Source of the DNA: Candidatus Uhrbacteria bacterium RIFOXYB12_FULL_58_10 | Lineage (GTDB): Bacteria > Patescibacteriota > Patescibacteriia > UBA9934 > GWF2-40-263 | Assembly (NCBI GenBank): GCA_943359455.1 | Contig: CALRHL010000004.1 | Location: 1-54,916 of the forward strand | Length of the DNA: 54,916 nucleotides | Direction of reading: 5' to 3' | Part shown: piece by piece, positions 7,767-18,100 of the stretch | How positions within the stretch are numbered: the stretch's first letter is position 1 | Layout: each line of letters starts with the position of its first letter | The notes under the pieces: generated by a model | The model's input: the letters and a program-made list of their open reading frames with translations, nothing else | Told to the model about the DNA's origin: nothing | The model's database searches: none | Position numbers and translations under genes: made by a program

Positions 7767-10391
7767 ATGGACAAATCTACTTCTCCACCTGAAGGTGTAT
7801 CGACGGGGACCGTATCGGAAAAAAAACTACAGGCTCGAAAGCGGATTGAGACGGGAGACGTCATTGCTGGCGTCGCGGCGATTGCAGGAGCGATCCATGT
7901 TCGTGTGAACGTTCCGGAAAAACCACCCGAGCTTGAACAACAAAAACTGACTCCAAATACCGAACATCCTGACTGGCGCTATACGGCGGTTGGAAACATC
8001 GTTCAAGAAACGATGTTTCAGGATGAAACGCACACAGGTGGAATTCAGAATAATTTTGTTGACCTGTTTGAAACGGTGTTCACATCGACAGAAGGCACCT
8101 ACTATTATTTCGATACAAAAGGAACGGTTCTTCTCACAACACACCAACCAGAAGCACTTCGACTGCTCAAAGAATCCGTTATAAAAGCGCGTAAGGACAA
8201 AAAGAATCCTGATACACTTATCGCTGAGCTCAAAAAACAAACTCAAGCGTGGCACAATGAAAATCGCAAGAAAATTTCTGATGTCGCGGTTGTTCCTGTT
8301 GACTACGCCATTGCAGGATATCCGTTTATTACATCCCCGACTCTTCCGGGTGTTGAAATCGAAGGTGAAAAAACGTCCCTTCTTCAAGTCGTGATGGAAC
8401 GACTCAAGGAAAAAACAAAAAGTCTGAAAGAAGGTCCTCGTTATTTTCAAGGAGAAGAACGATCTATCTATAACGGCATTGTCGAAATAGCAAAAGCATA
8501 CGATATGCCACGCGCGATTGTTCTTGGGGTTGCTGCCAATGAAAGCGGATATGATCGAGACGCGATTTCTAAAGCAGATGCCCGTGGTGTTTTTCAGTTT
8601 ACAAAGGGTGGATTTAATGACGCAAAAGAATATCTTCAAAATCACCCAGAACTTGGAATGACCGTCCGTTCAGGATCCATTGGCACATTCGAAGATTCGT
8701 GGAAAAATCGCTTTGTGAGCGCGGAATTGTTTTGTGTATACTTCCGCGTGATTCAAAAACGCATTCGTCCGGACGTCGAAAAACTTGAAAGACGTTTATC
8801 AAAAATCGATTCAAGTTATCAGACAGGTGTCCTTCTCGATATCGCGACGATCAACGCTTACAACGCAGGAGCTAATCGTATTTCTGATTGCATCAATCGA
8901 TTCCTTTCTCTTTCAGATACGCAAATCCAGTCCCACATCGGCAAACCTCCCTATGGAGTCGACACGTGGCTTGCCGTAACGGGACTTTCGTTTGGACTCA
9001 CTGACAAAAACAAAGCCACCCTCGTTGGCCCAGACGTTTTCCTGTACCCACAAAAAGTTCTTGCTATGGGCGCTCTCATCATGGAAGAAAACAACTATCT
9101 GTCCGTTCATGAGCGTGAACGTGATGATGCGGTTACAATGATCCCAGATCCGCAAACACGACGTGGTCTCTGGCAAGGACTAATGATCGGAAGTGGAATC
9201 ACTGCGCTGGCAGCTGGATTATTTACGGGTGCGCGCACTCTAAAAGACACCCATGCAGAAAACCCAAACTACTCGACACGCCGAGATTTTTTAAGAACCA
9301 CGGCCGCAACAATCGGTATTGCATCACCAATTGTTCGTGCAGGAAAGAAGTGGTTCGAAGAACGAAAGGTATCTCCTCTTCCTGACATTGAAGTTCAGCC
9401 AATGCACCATGAATTATTTAAAGAAGTCATGATTGATGCGAAATTTGCTCTCGATGAACTATTAAAAAAACTAAAGCAAAATGCAGAAGATGGAAAAACA
9501 GGATGGACGGCCGACGAGCTTGATCAAATTTATCAGTATCTCGTCCCAGAAAACCGAAAATTACTTGCAAAACGATTTGAAGCAATGTTCGGAAAAGATC
9601 TTGTAAAACGTTTTGCCGAATCCGAGCGTCTTAAATACGAAAAACGTATTCCTGTATACAACGAAGCGATTCCTCTCCAACGTTCCTACATTGAACAAGA
9701 AAAAAACTTGGGGAATTTGATGACGCTCACACAAGATGACCCATCGCTTCCTTACTTCTGCGAGCAAGTTGGTAAACCGACTGGAGTAGGCAATGATCCA
9801 GACGCGATGTACACTCGCAAAGAATTTTTGCCTGTCCTCGGAACACTCATTGAGCTCGTAAATTATCAAATCGATGCATTCAATGTAGACCCGTCGTCCT
9901 ACGGAATTTTGAATGCGACCTTCCCTACCCTCCCGCATATTCGTGCGGTAAAAATTTCTGGGGCGTTACGATTTGTCGAAGGAACGATGGAGATGTTTGA
10001 AAAAGGACAAGGAGGTCGCACAACCACCGGAACCACTCCACATTGGCTTGGATACACCTTAGACATCGCTTCGTTTGCAACAGATGGAAGTCACATGGTT
10101 CGCCTCGATGAAGATTTGCTCGAAGAAAAAGGCGGAACGGTGAAAGTAAAACGAGGGGATAAATTACCAAGCCAAGGATTTGGAAAACGCACACGTGAAC
10201 TGTATTCCACCATGATCGGACGAGCGCTGTTTGCCATGCGCGAGCCTCTTATGAAACAGCAAAGAATAGAAATTCAACCGCTATGGGAAGGATACGGCAA
10301 AGATGAAAAAGGAAGGAAAATTTCTGGAACAAGCAAGGTTTGGGATGGTGGCCAACTCAACTGGCACATTGCCATGGAAGTACAGGAATAA
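7767..10391 (+). CDS. 874-aa putative peptidoglycan hydrolase: lytic transglycosylase (SLT) domain + membrane segment + C-terminal M15/DUF5715-like Zn peptidase domain
   Basis: AANESG (E259), ARGVFQFT, AYNAG = SLT motifs; SGALR, PHWLGYTLDI (H-x6-D), NWHI = LAS/M15-like ligands; internal TRRDFL. Confidence 0.75.
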   Translation: MDKSTSPPEGVSTGTVSEKKLQARKRIETGDVIAGVAAIAGAIHVRVNVPEKPPELEQQKLTPNTEHPDWRYTAVGNIVQETMFQDETHTGGIQNNFVDLFETVFTSTEGTYYYFDTKGTVLLTTHQPEALRLLKESVIKARKDKKNPDTLIAELKKQTQAWHNENRKKISDVAVVPVDYAIAGYPFITSPTLPGVEIEGEKTSLLQVVMERLKEKTKSLKEGPRYFQGEERSIYNGIVEIAKAYDMPRAIVLGVAANESGYDRDAISKADARGVFQFTKGGFNDAKEYLQNHPELGMTVRSGSIGTFEDSWKNRFVSAELFCVYFRVIQKRIRPDVEKLERRLSKIDSSYQTGVLLDIATINAYNAGANRISDCINRFLSLSDTQIQSHIGKPPYGVDTWLAVTGLSFGLTDKNKATLVGPDVFLYPQKVLAMGALIMEENNYLSVHERERDDAVTMIPDPQTRRGLWQGLMIGSGITALAAGLFTGARTLKDTHAENPNYSTRRDFLRTTAATIGIASPIVRAGKKWFEERKVSPLPDIEVQPMHHELFKEVMIDAKFALDELLKKLKQNAEDGKTGWTADELDQIYQYLVPENRKLLAKRFEAMFGKDLVKRFAESERLKYEKRIPVYNEAIPLQRSYIEQEKNLGNLMTLTQDDPSLPYFCEQVGKPTGVGNDPDAMYTRKEFLPVLGTLIELVNYQIDAFNVDPSSYGILNATFPTLPHIRAVKISGALRFVEGTMEMFEKGQGGRTTTGTTPHWLGYTLDIASFATDGSHMVRLDEDLLEEKGGTVKVKRGDKLPSQGFGKRTRELYSTMIGRALFAMREPLMKQQRIEIQPLWEGYGKDEKGRKISGTSKVWDGGQLNWHIAMEVQE

Positions 10392-10397
10392 AGCTGT

Positions 10398-11624
10398 TCA
10401 CGAATATTGCATCGCCTCTTGTAACCGTCCAAGCGCGACCACAAACGCGGCGCGTCGCAAGTCGGTCTTCAATGTTTGTGCTGTCTCAAAAATTTCCAAC
10501 GCTTCCCTTTCCATAATTTCCTTCAATTTCCCAAAGACTTGTTCCTCAGTCCAATGCTCTCCTTTCAAATTCTGTTCCCATTCAAACGTCGAGACCGTGA
10601 CACCGCCAGCATTGAAGAGAATATCTGGGATGACAGAAATTCCACGAGCAAACAGCGCATCATCTGCTTCTGGAGTCGTCGGCCCGTTTGCAAGTTCCAT
10701 AACTGATTTCGCTCGGATTGAACCAACATTGTCGGCGCGAATCTGATTTTCCAGTGCCGCAGGAATCAAAATATCGCATTCAAGTGCGAGCAACTCGTCA
10801 TTTGTGATCGTCCGAGTTCCTGACATCCCAACAACCGACCCAGTCGCTTTCTTGTGTGCCGTTACCGCATCAATATCAAGTGTGGTATCTGATACAATCG
10901 CGCCTTTTGAGTCTGAAACGGCGATCACACGGTGTCCTGCCTTCGTCCATAAGTCTGCCGCATGATCCCCTGCATTTCCAAAACCCTGAACGACCACACG
11001 ACAGGAAATTGGCAACCCAAGCTGTTCACGCAATGCATCAAACACGTAGAACCCACCTTGTGCCGTCGCGGTTCCGCGCCCTTCTGATCCGCCTTGTCCA
11101 AGCGGCTTGCCAGTAATCACCGCGCCAGACGTATCGCCCGTAATTTTCCCAAACTCATCCGCCATCCATGCCATAATTTCTGGTGTCGTGTTCACATCCG
11201 GTGCTGGCACATCTTTGCGTGGACCAAGGACATCTGCCAAAGCACGCATCCATCCGCGCGACAACCGCTCAAGCTCGCCTTTCGACAACATTTTCGGATC
11301 CACAGTCACCCCACCCTTCCCTCCCCCCATAGGAATTCCAACAACCGAACATTTCATCGTCATCCAAAGGGCAAGAGCTTTCACCTCATGAATATCCGTT
11401 TGTAAATGAAAACGAATTCCACCTTTGTATGGGCCACGCGCATTGTTGTGTTCAACTCGATACCCTTCAAATACACAAAGCGATCCGTCGTCCATGGTCA
11501 CAGGAATCGAAATGTGAATTTCACGATTAGGATGCTTCAGTCGCTCGATAAGATCTGCCGGAAATGGTTTAACAGCGTTCGCTCGTGCGAGTTGATTGAG
11601 AGCGTTGTCAAAAGGGTTATTCAT
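10398..11624 (-). CDS. gdhA: Glu/Leu/Phe/Val dehydrogenase (glutamate dehydrogenase)
   Basis: RGPYKGGIRF, MTMKC, GGGKGG, DVPAPDV, QGFGNAG, ELANGP, NAGGVTVS; start MNNPF at 11624. Confidence 0.92.
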   Translation of the reverse strand: MNNPFDNALNQLARANAVKPFPADLIERLKHPNREIHISIPVTMDDGSLCVFEGYRVEHNNARGPYKGGIRFHLQTDIHEVKALALWMTMKCSVVGIPMGGGKGGVTVDPKMLSKGELERLSRGWMRALADVLGPRKDVPAPDVNTTPEIMAWMADEFGKITGDTSGAVITGKPLGQGGSEGRGTATAQGGFYVFDALREQLGLPISCRVVVQGFGNAGDHAADLWTKAGHRVIAVSDSKGAIVSDTTLDIDAVTAHKKATGSVVGMSGTRTITNDELLALECDILIPAALENQIRADNVGSIRAKSVMELANGPTTPEADDALFARGISVIPDILFNAGGVTVSTFEWEQNLKGEHWTEEQVFGKLKEIMEREALEIFETAQTLKTDLRRAAFVVALGRLQEAMQYS

Positions 11625-11668
11625 ATGCGTGACAGTTTGGCACAAGCTCGCAAGATTCGCAAACGATA

Positions 11669-11829
11669 GGAACCTCTGCAAAAGTCATGTGCGAGGTCAA
11701 ATCGAGACAGATTCGCACGACACGCATGAACGATTTCGAGGTGATATGCAGATATCATTGAGGAATCGTGAATGCGTGTGGTGCGAATATGGCCGATTTG
11801 AAGCCGTGCATGACTTTTGCAGAGGTTCC
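11669..11829. mobile_element. MITE (161 bp) with 21-bp perfect terminal inverted repeats and 4-bp GATA flanking duplication
   Basis: ggaacctctgcaaaagtcatg (11669-11689) / catgacttttgcagaggttcc (11809-11829); gata immediately outside both ends. Confidence 0.85.
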
Positions 11830-11844
11830 GATAAAAAACGTCCC

Positions 11845-12546
11845 CTAGCCCGTGGGCGTGGAGACGTCAAGAAAGAGAGCGGTTGCGTTTTCGATTTGAT
11901 GATCTTCGGTGAGCAACATTCGCAGAGCGTCGCGAGCTTGCTTCACGGTCGGTTGGCACAACGCGGTAGCAATGCGACGCGATGACCACAAGCGATCATC
12001 AAGCGAACGCCACACTTCGTCCGAAGCAAGCAACATGTATCGACTCGCAAGTGGCCAGGTGAGAACACGCACATCTGGTGTGCACAAAATGTGTTCAGCT
12101 TTGCGATCTCCAATCGATCGCGTAATACGACCTTTTGTTCCATGATGATCTGCGGTGATCTCTGTCAGACAATGCTGACTGATAAATGCGGCACGAGCGT
12201 CGCCAACATGGGCAACGACAATGCGATCTGGCGACAGGTCAACCATCACAAGTGTCGTTCCTCCATGACAGCGTCGTTTCACATCACGATCGATAATCTC
12301 AATCGCATGATGTAATGATTGAATCGGACATAGAGTGCTGTAGCCGTTCTCTTGGAGAAGCACGGGTAACCGACGTGCTACATATTCTGCGGCCCAGTCC
12401 CCATCCTGTCCGCCATGCCCATCAGCCACTATTCCAATTCTCGATCCTGGTAAAAGCCAATCATCGAGAACAAAATATCGATCCTCCTGAACATCACGAC
12501 ATCCTTTCAGTGAAAATCCAGCCCAACGATCAGATCCTGCCAGCAT
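11845..12546 (-). CDS. PP2C/PPM-family Ser/Thr phosphatase-like protein with degenerate C-terminal motifs
   Basis: QEDR, VADGHGG, GGTT, HVGDAR, DH, TRSIGD; ASDEVW and IENAT in place of ASDG/DN. Confidence 0.85.
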   Translation of the reverse strand: MLAGSDRWAGFSLKGCRDVQEDRYFVLDDWLLPGSRIGIVADGHGGQDGDWAAEYVARRLPVLLQENGYSTLCPIQSLHHAIEIIDRDVKRRCHGGTTLVMVDLSPDRIVVAHVGDARAAFISQHCLTEITADHHGTKGRITRSIGDRKAEHILCTPDVRVLTWPLASRYMLLASDEVWRSLDDRLWSSRRIATALCQPTVKQARDALRMLLTEDHQIENATALFLDVSTPTG

Positions 12547-12608
12547 GTAAAATCCTCTCCGCGTAATTCAAAACGCAAGCAAGATAATATCACAGATGCG
12601 TTCAATGA

Positions 12609-15143
12609 TCAACCCTTCATCTTTTTCGCCGCACGCCTATCGTGAAACTGATTTCTTAACCGACGAAACTTTGGAGAAGATAATTTTGCCATCAAAACAC
12701 CTGTTAATTTTTCAGGAAGTTCTCCGACACGTGAGGCGTCTACCACGGCGACATTATTTTCGGAATACACATCCGGCTGGGTTTCATCTGGGTACACTCC
12801 TTCATTATAGATATTTATAAATTCTCGTTCTCCTCCACGATTCGCAATCCCAATTCCGACAAAAAATATCTGATCACGAAATCGAGAAATTGACTGAAGG
12901 GTTCGTTCCGAACTACCAGGTTCGATAGATTCCATAATATTTGCCAGCATCTGTGGAGGCGCATCCTGATTTCCATGCAAATAGGATACCAACTTAGTCA
13001 TGCTTTCTGGATCATCAGCGCCTCCGTCTGTAATAAACAAAATAATTTTCACTCGTTCTTCTGATTTGTTAATAAGCCGCTGATCTTGGTAGGCGGCATG
13101 CAGGGCGGAAACTGCCGCAAGGGGATCATTATTATCACCCATTCTCATTTTTCGATACGCAGGAAACATTTCTACTGCAAAGCGCTCTTCTTCTTGTGTT
13201 CGATCAGTTTCTTCTCCGCTTGTATGTATCAACCCTTTTTCCCACCCATCATGATTCATTCTCGCAACATCATTGGAATATAAAATTCCAAGATATCGCA
13301 ATGGTGGACTTGCTTCAATTTCTGGTTCTCGAAAACCAAAACGACGCATACGTCGTGCAATTTCTGAATTAACACGAAGCGCAACACGAGCAAGCATAAC
13401 GTTTGCCGCTTTCGCCGCATTCTCACGATGACCACGCATTGAACCAGAATGGTCATTGACAACGATAATATCGACCCCCATGAAACGTTCGATTGTTTTT
13501 CGGGTCTCTCTTACTTCCGGAAATTTCTTTCCTTCTAACACCATTTGCCGGTACGCCTCCGCCTTTCGTGTTGTTGGAAGCCGACCCATTGGTTGGTCCC
13601 CAATAATGATACGTAATCGATCTTCCAAAAAACTATCAATCAGTTTATTTGTCATCTCATTCAGCGATTCCTCGTCAATCAACCTGATGGCATCAACATA
13701 TTCTTGATGATCCTCCCGCGAAATCGATGCTGGTCGTGGAATTTCTAGAGAGTTTACCCCGCGACTTCCGCTTCGACCGGGTCTACCTTCCGGACTATTT
13801 TCCTTATTATCTCCACCACCTTTACCTTCCCCTTCTCCCTTCCCCTTCCCCTCGCCCTTTCCTTCTCCCTTACCTTCCCCTTCTCCCTTCCCCTCGCCCT
13901 CCCCTTCTCCCTCCCCCTCTCCTTCCCCATCCTTATCCTCACCCGCATTATCCGGATGCCTCTCATCACTTCTATCAATCTCAATATCCTCATGCGTGGC
14001 ATGTCCTCCTTCACCCTTTCCAGAACCGGGATCACCTGCCTTGCCTTCCTCAATCAATCGTCGCAAAAGTTCTAACAATTTTTTTGCAATCTGTTGTATC
14101 GTTTCATCATCCCCAATCTTTTCCTCAGATCCATCCTCTGGACCAAGCTTCTTTTGCATCGCTTCACGAACTTGTTCCGCAACTTCTTTTGCAGAACCAC
14201 CTTCCGCCTCCAATTTATTCAATGTGTCTTCCAAATCTTGTTGTTGTGCGTCAACGAGTTGAAAAAAAACAGGAGCAACCACTTTGTTAAACTCGCGATG
14301 ACGAGAGATCGTCGACTTGCTTCCATTTCCACAAAAACGAGCTGTTTGAATCACGCGAATAAACTCCGCTTCTAAAACAGAATCTCCTAACATGTAAGGA
14401 TTCGGAACACGCTCTTCTTCCGGAATCTTCTCACGCTCATCACTTCCAAAATGGAACGCTTCATGTTTCAGCGCTGACATAAAATAATGAGGACGACGAA
14501 GCACCGCCAACACCTCACGCGCGGCGCGACGTTTATCTGCATCCGCATCTGGTCCAACAACTTGCGTCACACTTGCTTCATACGGATCTTCCAAAATAAC
14601 ACGAGGAAAATAATGATTGTATGCGGCAAAATATGCACCGACCGTTCCTGGGCGCTTTTCGAGATTATTTGCATCAAGCAACATGTCGAGTTTTGTATTC
14701 AAAAACTGCCCGACCACCCCTGCGTATTTCCGTTGACGATCCTCGTACACCTTTTCATCTTGAATTTCGACCGTACGCATCACCTCTTCTCCATGCCCAA
14801 ACTCATGCCAAAATAAAGCAAACATGGAAGCAGGAGGACCTTCCCAATACAGCGCGGGATCATACTCAATTTCTTCTTTGATGACTCGTTTCGTGTCTCT
14901 ATCAAAATACCGTTTATTACAAAATCGATTGCTTCCAAGCGGAGCCTCAGCAAACGAAATACGTCGAGGTGGATCACTGTGAGCCGCTTCTCTTTTAAAA
15001 AACCGTTCAAAATCTTTCAGTTGAACACGAAACGCTTCGTGTTGTTTGACACGTGTCTGTTCTTTTGCCAACCGCTCTTGTTCCTTTGCTAAGCGCTCTT
15101 TCTCCTCAGGTGGCAAATTTGATGATTGTGTCGGATCTGACAT
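12609..15143 (-). CDS. vWA-domain protein with N-terminal HExxH motifs and Gly/Glu/Lys low-complexity linker (CobT/MoxR-partner-like)
   Basis: WHEFGH and KHEAFH; (GE/GK)n linker; MIDAS DHSGSM and FITDG; 2 nt downstream of the AAA gene. Confidence 0.8.
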   Translation of the reverse strand: MSDPTQSSNLPPEEKERLAKEQERLAKEQTRVKQHEAFRVQLKDFERFFKREAAHSDPPRRISFAEAPLGSNRFCNKRYFDRDTKRVIKEEIEYDPALYWEGPPASMFALFWHEFGHGEEVMRTVEIQDEKVYEDRQRKYAGVVGQFLNTKLDMLLDANNLEKRPGTVGAYFAAYNHYFPRVILEDPYEASVTQVVGPDADADKRRAAREVLAVLRRPHYFMSALKHEAFHFGSDEREKIPEEERVPNPYMLGDSVLEAEFIRVIQTARFCGNGSKSTISRHREFNKVVAPVFFQLVDAQQQDLEDTLNKLEAEGGSAKEVAEQVREAMQKKLGPEDGSEEKIGDDETIQQIAKKLLELLRRLIEEGKAGDPGSGKGEGGHATHEDIEIDRSDERHPDNAGEDKDGEGEGEGEGEGEGKGEGEGKGEGKGEGKGKGEGEGKGGGDNKENSPEGRPGRSGSRGVNSLEIPRPASISREDHQEYVDAIRLIDEESLNEMTNKLIDSFLEDRLRIIIGDQPMGRLPTTRKAEAYRQMVLEGKKFPEVRETRKTIERFMGVDIIVVNDHSGSMRGHRENAAKAANVMLARVALRVNSEIARRMRRFGFREPEIEASPPLRYLGILYSNDVARMNHDGWEKGLIHTSGEETDRTQEEERFAVEMFPAYRKMRMGDNNDPLAAVSALHAAYQDQRLINKSEERVKIILFITDGGADDPESMTKLVSYLHGNQDAPPQMLANIMESIEPGSSERTLQSISRFRDQIFFVGIGIANRGGEREFINIYNEGVYPDETQPDVYSENNVAVVDASRVGELPEKLTGVLMAKLSSPKFRRLRNQFHDRRAAKKMKG
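13812..13935 (-). repeat. 6-nt period low-complexity repeat encoding GEGEGKGEG linker
   Basis: cccttc/ccctcg/tccttc units on + strand. Confidence 0.85.
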
Positions 15144-15145
15144 AT

Positions 15146-18100
15146 CTACGGTTTAACCTCCTTCTCAGGCAGCGGACCAACAACAATTTTTGCTTTACAC
15201 TGACTTCCTTTATTTTCCATTTCTTCCACAAAAATTGTAAGATCTTTCTCTGAATTCTCACCAAGTCGATTTCCTGCTTTTCGAATATACACCGTCCCAC
15301 CAACCGCGCGATTGCACGCACGTTGCCCTGTTTTGTTCAAATGTAACGTTCCACCTTTCATGCCAAACCCAGCGCGATCCTCTGCCGTTTGTAAGACATA
15401 ACCTTCGCCACCTTCCATATTTTGAAAGGCTCTCGCTCCAACCCTATACGCAGTAAGCTCCCCACCATTCATCCGATTCCCAAAATGATTCCCGACTGAA
15501 TCCACCTGTAACTTTCCTCCGGACATTTCTCGCCCAACATAATTTCCAGCAATGCCGATAATTTTTACAAAACCTTTCTGCAAACGATACCCGAGAAGGT
15601 CCAACGATGGACTCGCGCTCAGATTAATCACGATTTCTTGTTTCATTGCATCTTCGTCTGACATATTTTCAAAATGAAGATACAGTAACCTTGAAATAAA
15701 CAACCCAACCATCTTTTGGTCTTCCCATGATCGAGACGGTAAAATCTCCGTTCTGATTCTATTTACATACACCTGCATATCTTCCGGCTCAACGATTCCT
15801 CCTGTCACAATACTTCGAAGAATCTGGGTGTCTGCTATAAGTAATTCTTCAGGGTCTGCTTTCACCTCTGCAGACTCCGCATCGCGCAAGGAAAACCATG
15901 TCTGTGTCAGCTCTCCCAACTGTTTCTGTACGTCCGGATCCCCTCCTTCTTCCTCGATGCGTTTTCTCCACGCTTTATCTTCTTCTGCAAGTATCATTCT
16001 ACTCGACTCAAATCGCAATTCTGAAAACAACGCTTTATTCCTGGCGCGTGGTTTCTCAGAAAGTTTTTTCCCAAAACGAAATGATGCTGGAAGTTCTGTT
16101 TGAGTGGAGCGTCCCACGCTTAAAATTTGTGCGGCATCTTGCACAGACACTCCCGTCAAACGACTCGCAATAAGATGTATGGGATATTCTTGTGTATCCA
16201 AGTCACCGAAAATACCAGATGTTGCAAACTGTTTAAAAATTTCCAAGCGTGCTTTTTTCATGTCATCTTGACGCCACGGACCAGCCATAACAACCTTCCA
16301 TGCTGCCTCAAGAAAATGTGTTGGAATTCCATTGCGATCAACAGAACGTGATTTTGTCGCTGAATTGACAACAAGCGCAATTATATTTTCAAGAGTCCGA
16401 ACGGAAATAGGAGAAACCATGTTTAAATCTCCCGGAGACAGATACATTTTTCGCAATTTTGGAAAAACATCCGAAAGCAACTTTTTCGCCATTTCATACT
16501 CCTCTTCTTTCAACAAGGATTGATGAGGGTCGTCAGGCATTGTACTCATGATTTCAAGCAATTTCATTTCGGTGTCGTACGACAAATAATCCACTTTTCG
16601 TTTTTCTGGAAAACGACTGATCACCGCCGGAGGAATATCCCCTCCACCCGCACGTTCGCTTTGAATATCTCCCCAGTTACTTGTCGCAACCACGCGTGCG
16701 TTTGGATGGATACGAAACTCCTCCGATCGTCCAGCCGGCCGAAATCCCTTTCCCGGACGACGCGTCAACAAATCGTACACTCCTTCCAAACCTTTTCCTG
16801 CCTTATCAACTTCATCAAGCACAATGATGGCACCTTCTTGCAACGCAAGTGATAATGGCTGATCCACCCATGCCGCAAGCGCTTCCTGTCGCGCTTTCAA
16901 AATACGCTTGTCGTCAGGTGCAACCGCACCGATTGCCGCAATACTACGAGCGAGATCAAACTTATACTTGTACCAACGGCGAAAATCTTCCGCTTTCTCC
17001 GCTGGTGTATCTCCAGAAAATTCCTCTAATATTCCTTCAGGAATATGAGCAAGCAGTTCGTCTCCTTTTTTATTTTCAATAGATCGCCAAAATACTTCCG
17101 CGTCCTTAAGTGTTTCTGCTCTCGGAAGTGGCAACTGGTGCATCCCAACAAGTGTTTCAAATGAAGATCCTTCATGAATAGAAATCACGCGACATGGTTG
17201 ATGATTTTCTCGTGCAATTTCACGTAACGATTCGGTTTTTCCCGTCCCTGGTGGTCCATACAAAAGAACGCGCGCCACTTTTCCTCCTGGTGCTAAAACG
17301 AGTTCCCGCAACGTATCCATGTCTGCTTTAATCTCCCCAACAGGAATAAACGTTTTTCCATGCACATGATAATCCTCCAAAAGACTCCCAACTTCTCGTT
17401 CTTGAATATATTCCGCGAGCTCACTATTGCGCGGATCACGAAGTTTTGTTTCGATATCAGATTGCATGTCTCGCTGGCGTTGCTGAAGAACGATTCGTTC
17501 TTGAGACAACGAATCTCCTGATCGTGTTGAACAAACTTCCAACAAAAACGACGAAATTTTTTCTGTTGCATTTTGACTATTTTCTTTATCAAATTCCAAA
17601 ATGTTAGATTCGAGGTACCGATCAACTAAACCATCGAAGTCTTCCTGAAGATGCGTACGCAGAAGTTGATCAATAGACTCTGGTGGACGTTTTGGATCTG
17701 TCGTAAACTGCATGTTCTCTGCGCGTATGACGAGCGCCGTCAATTCATTCAACAGCAATTCTTTTTTGTGCAATTGACTGATTTCAAACAGTTGTTGTTC
17801 ATACACGACAAATTTTCTTCTGGCATCTGCTCGGCGCATCAAAGAAAACAACGTCTCTGATGCAACTTGTTGTTCAGGGGTCGGTTTCTCTGTTTGAAAA
17901 GCAAGTCGTTTACGAACTTCAAAACTTACCCGATCACGCATTTCAAAAAAAGTTTTTGTGAGCTCTGCATGTTCGCGTCGAAGCGCTTCAAGCTGATTTG
18001 TTTTACCTCCTCCAAAAAGATCAGTGAGACCACGAACAGGACTGTTGGGCGCAGACTGAATCTGAACCGCACGTTCGATTGTTTTGATACGCTCAGAAAG

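Noticed and set aside
13727-14290. Pro/Leu-rich + strand ORF and Arg-rich 13754-14053 ORF
   Set aside because: Alternative frames of the GE/GK low-complexity linker.
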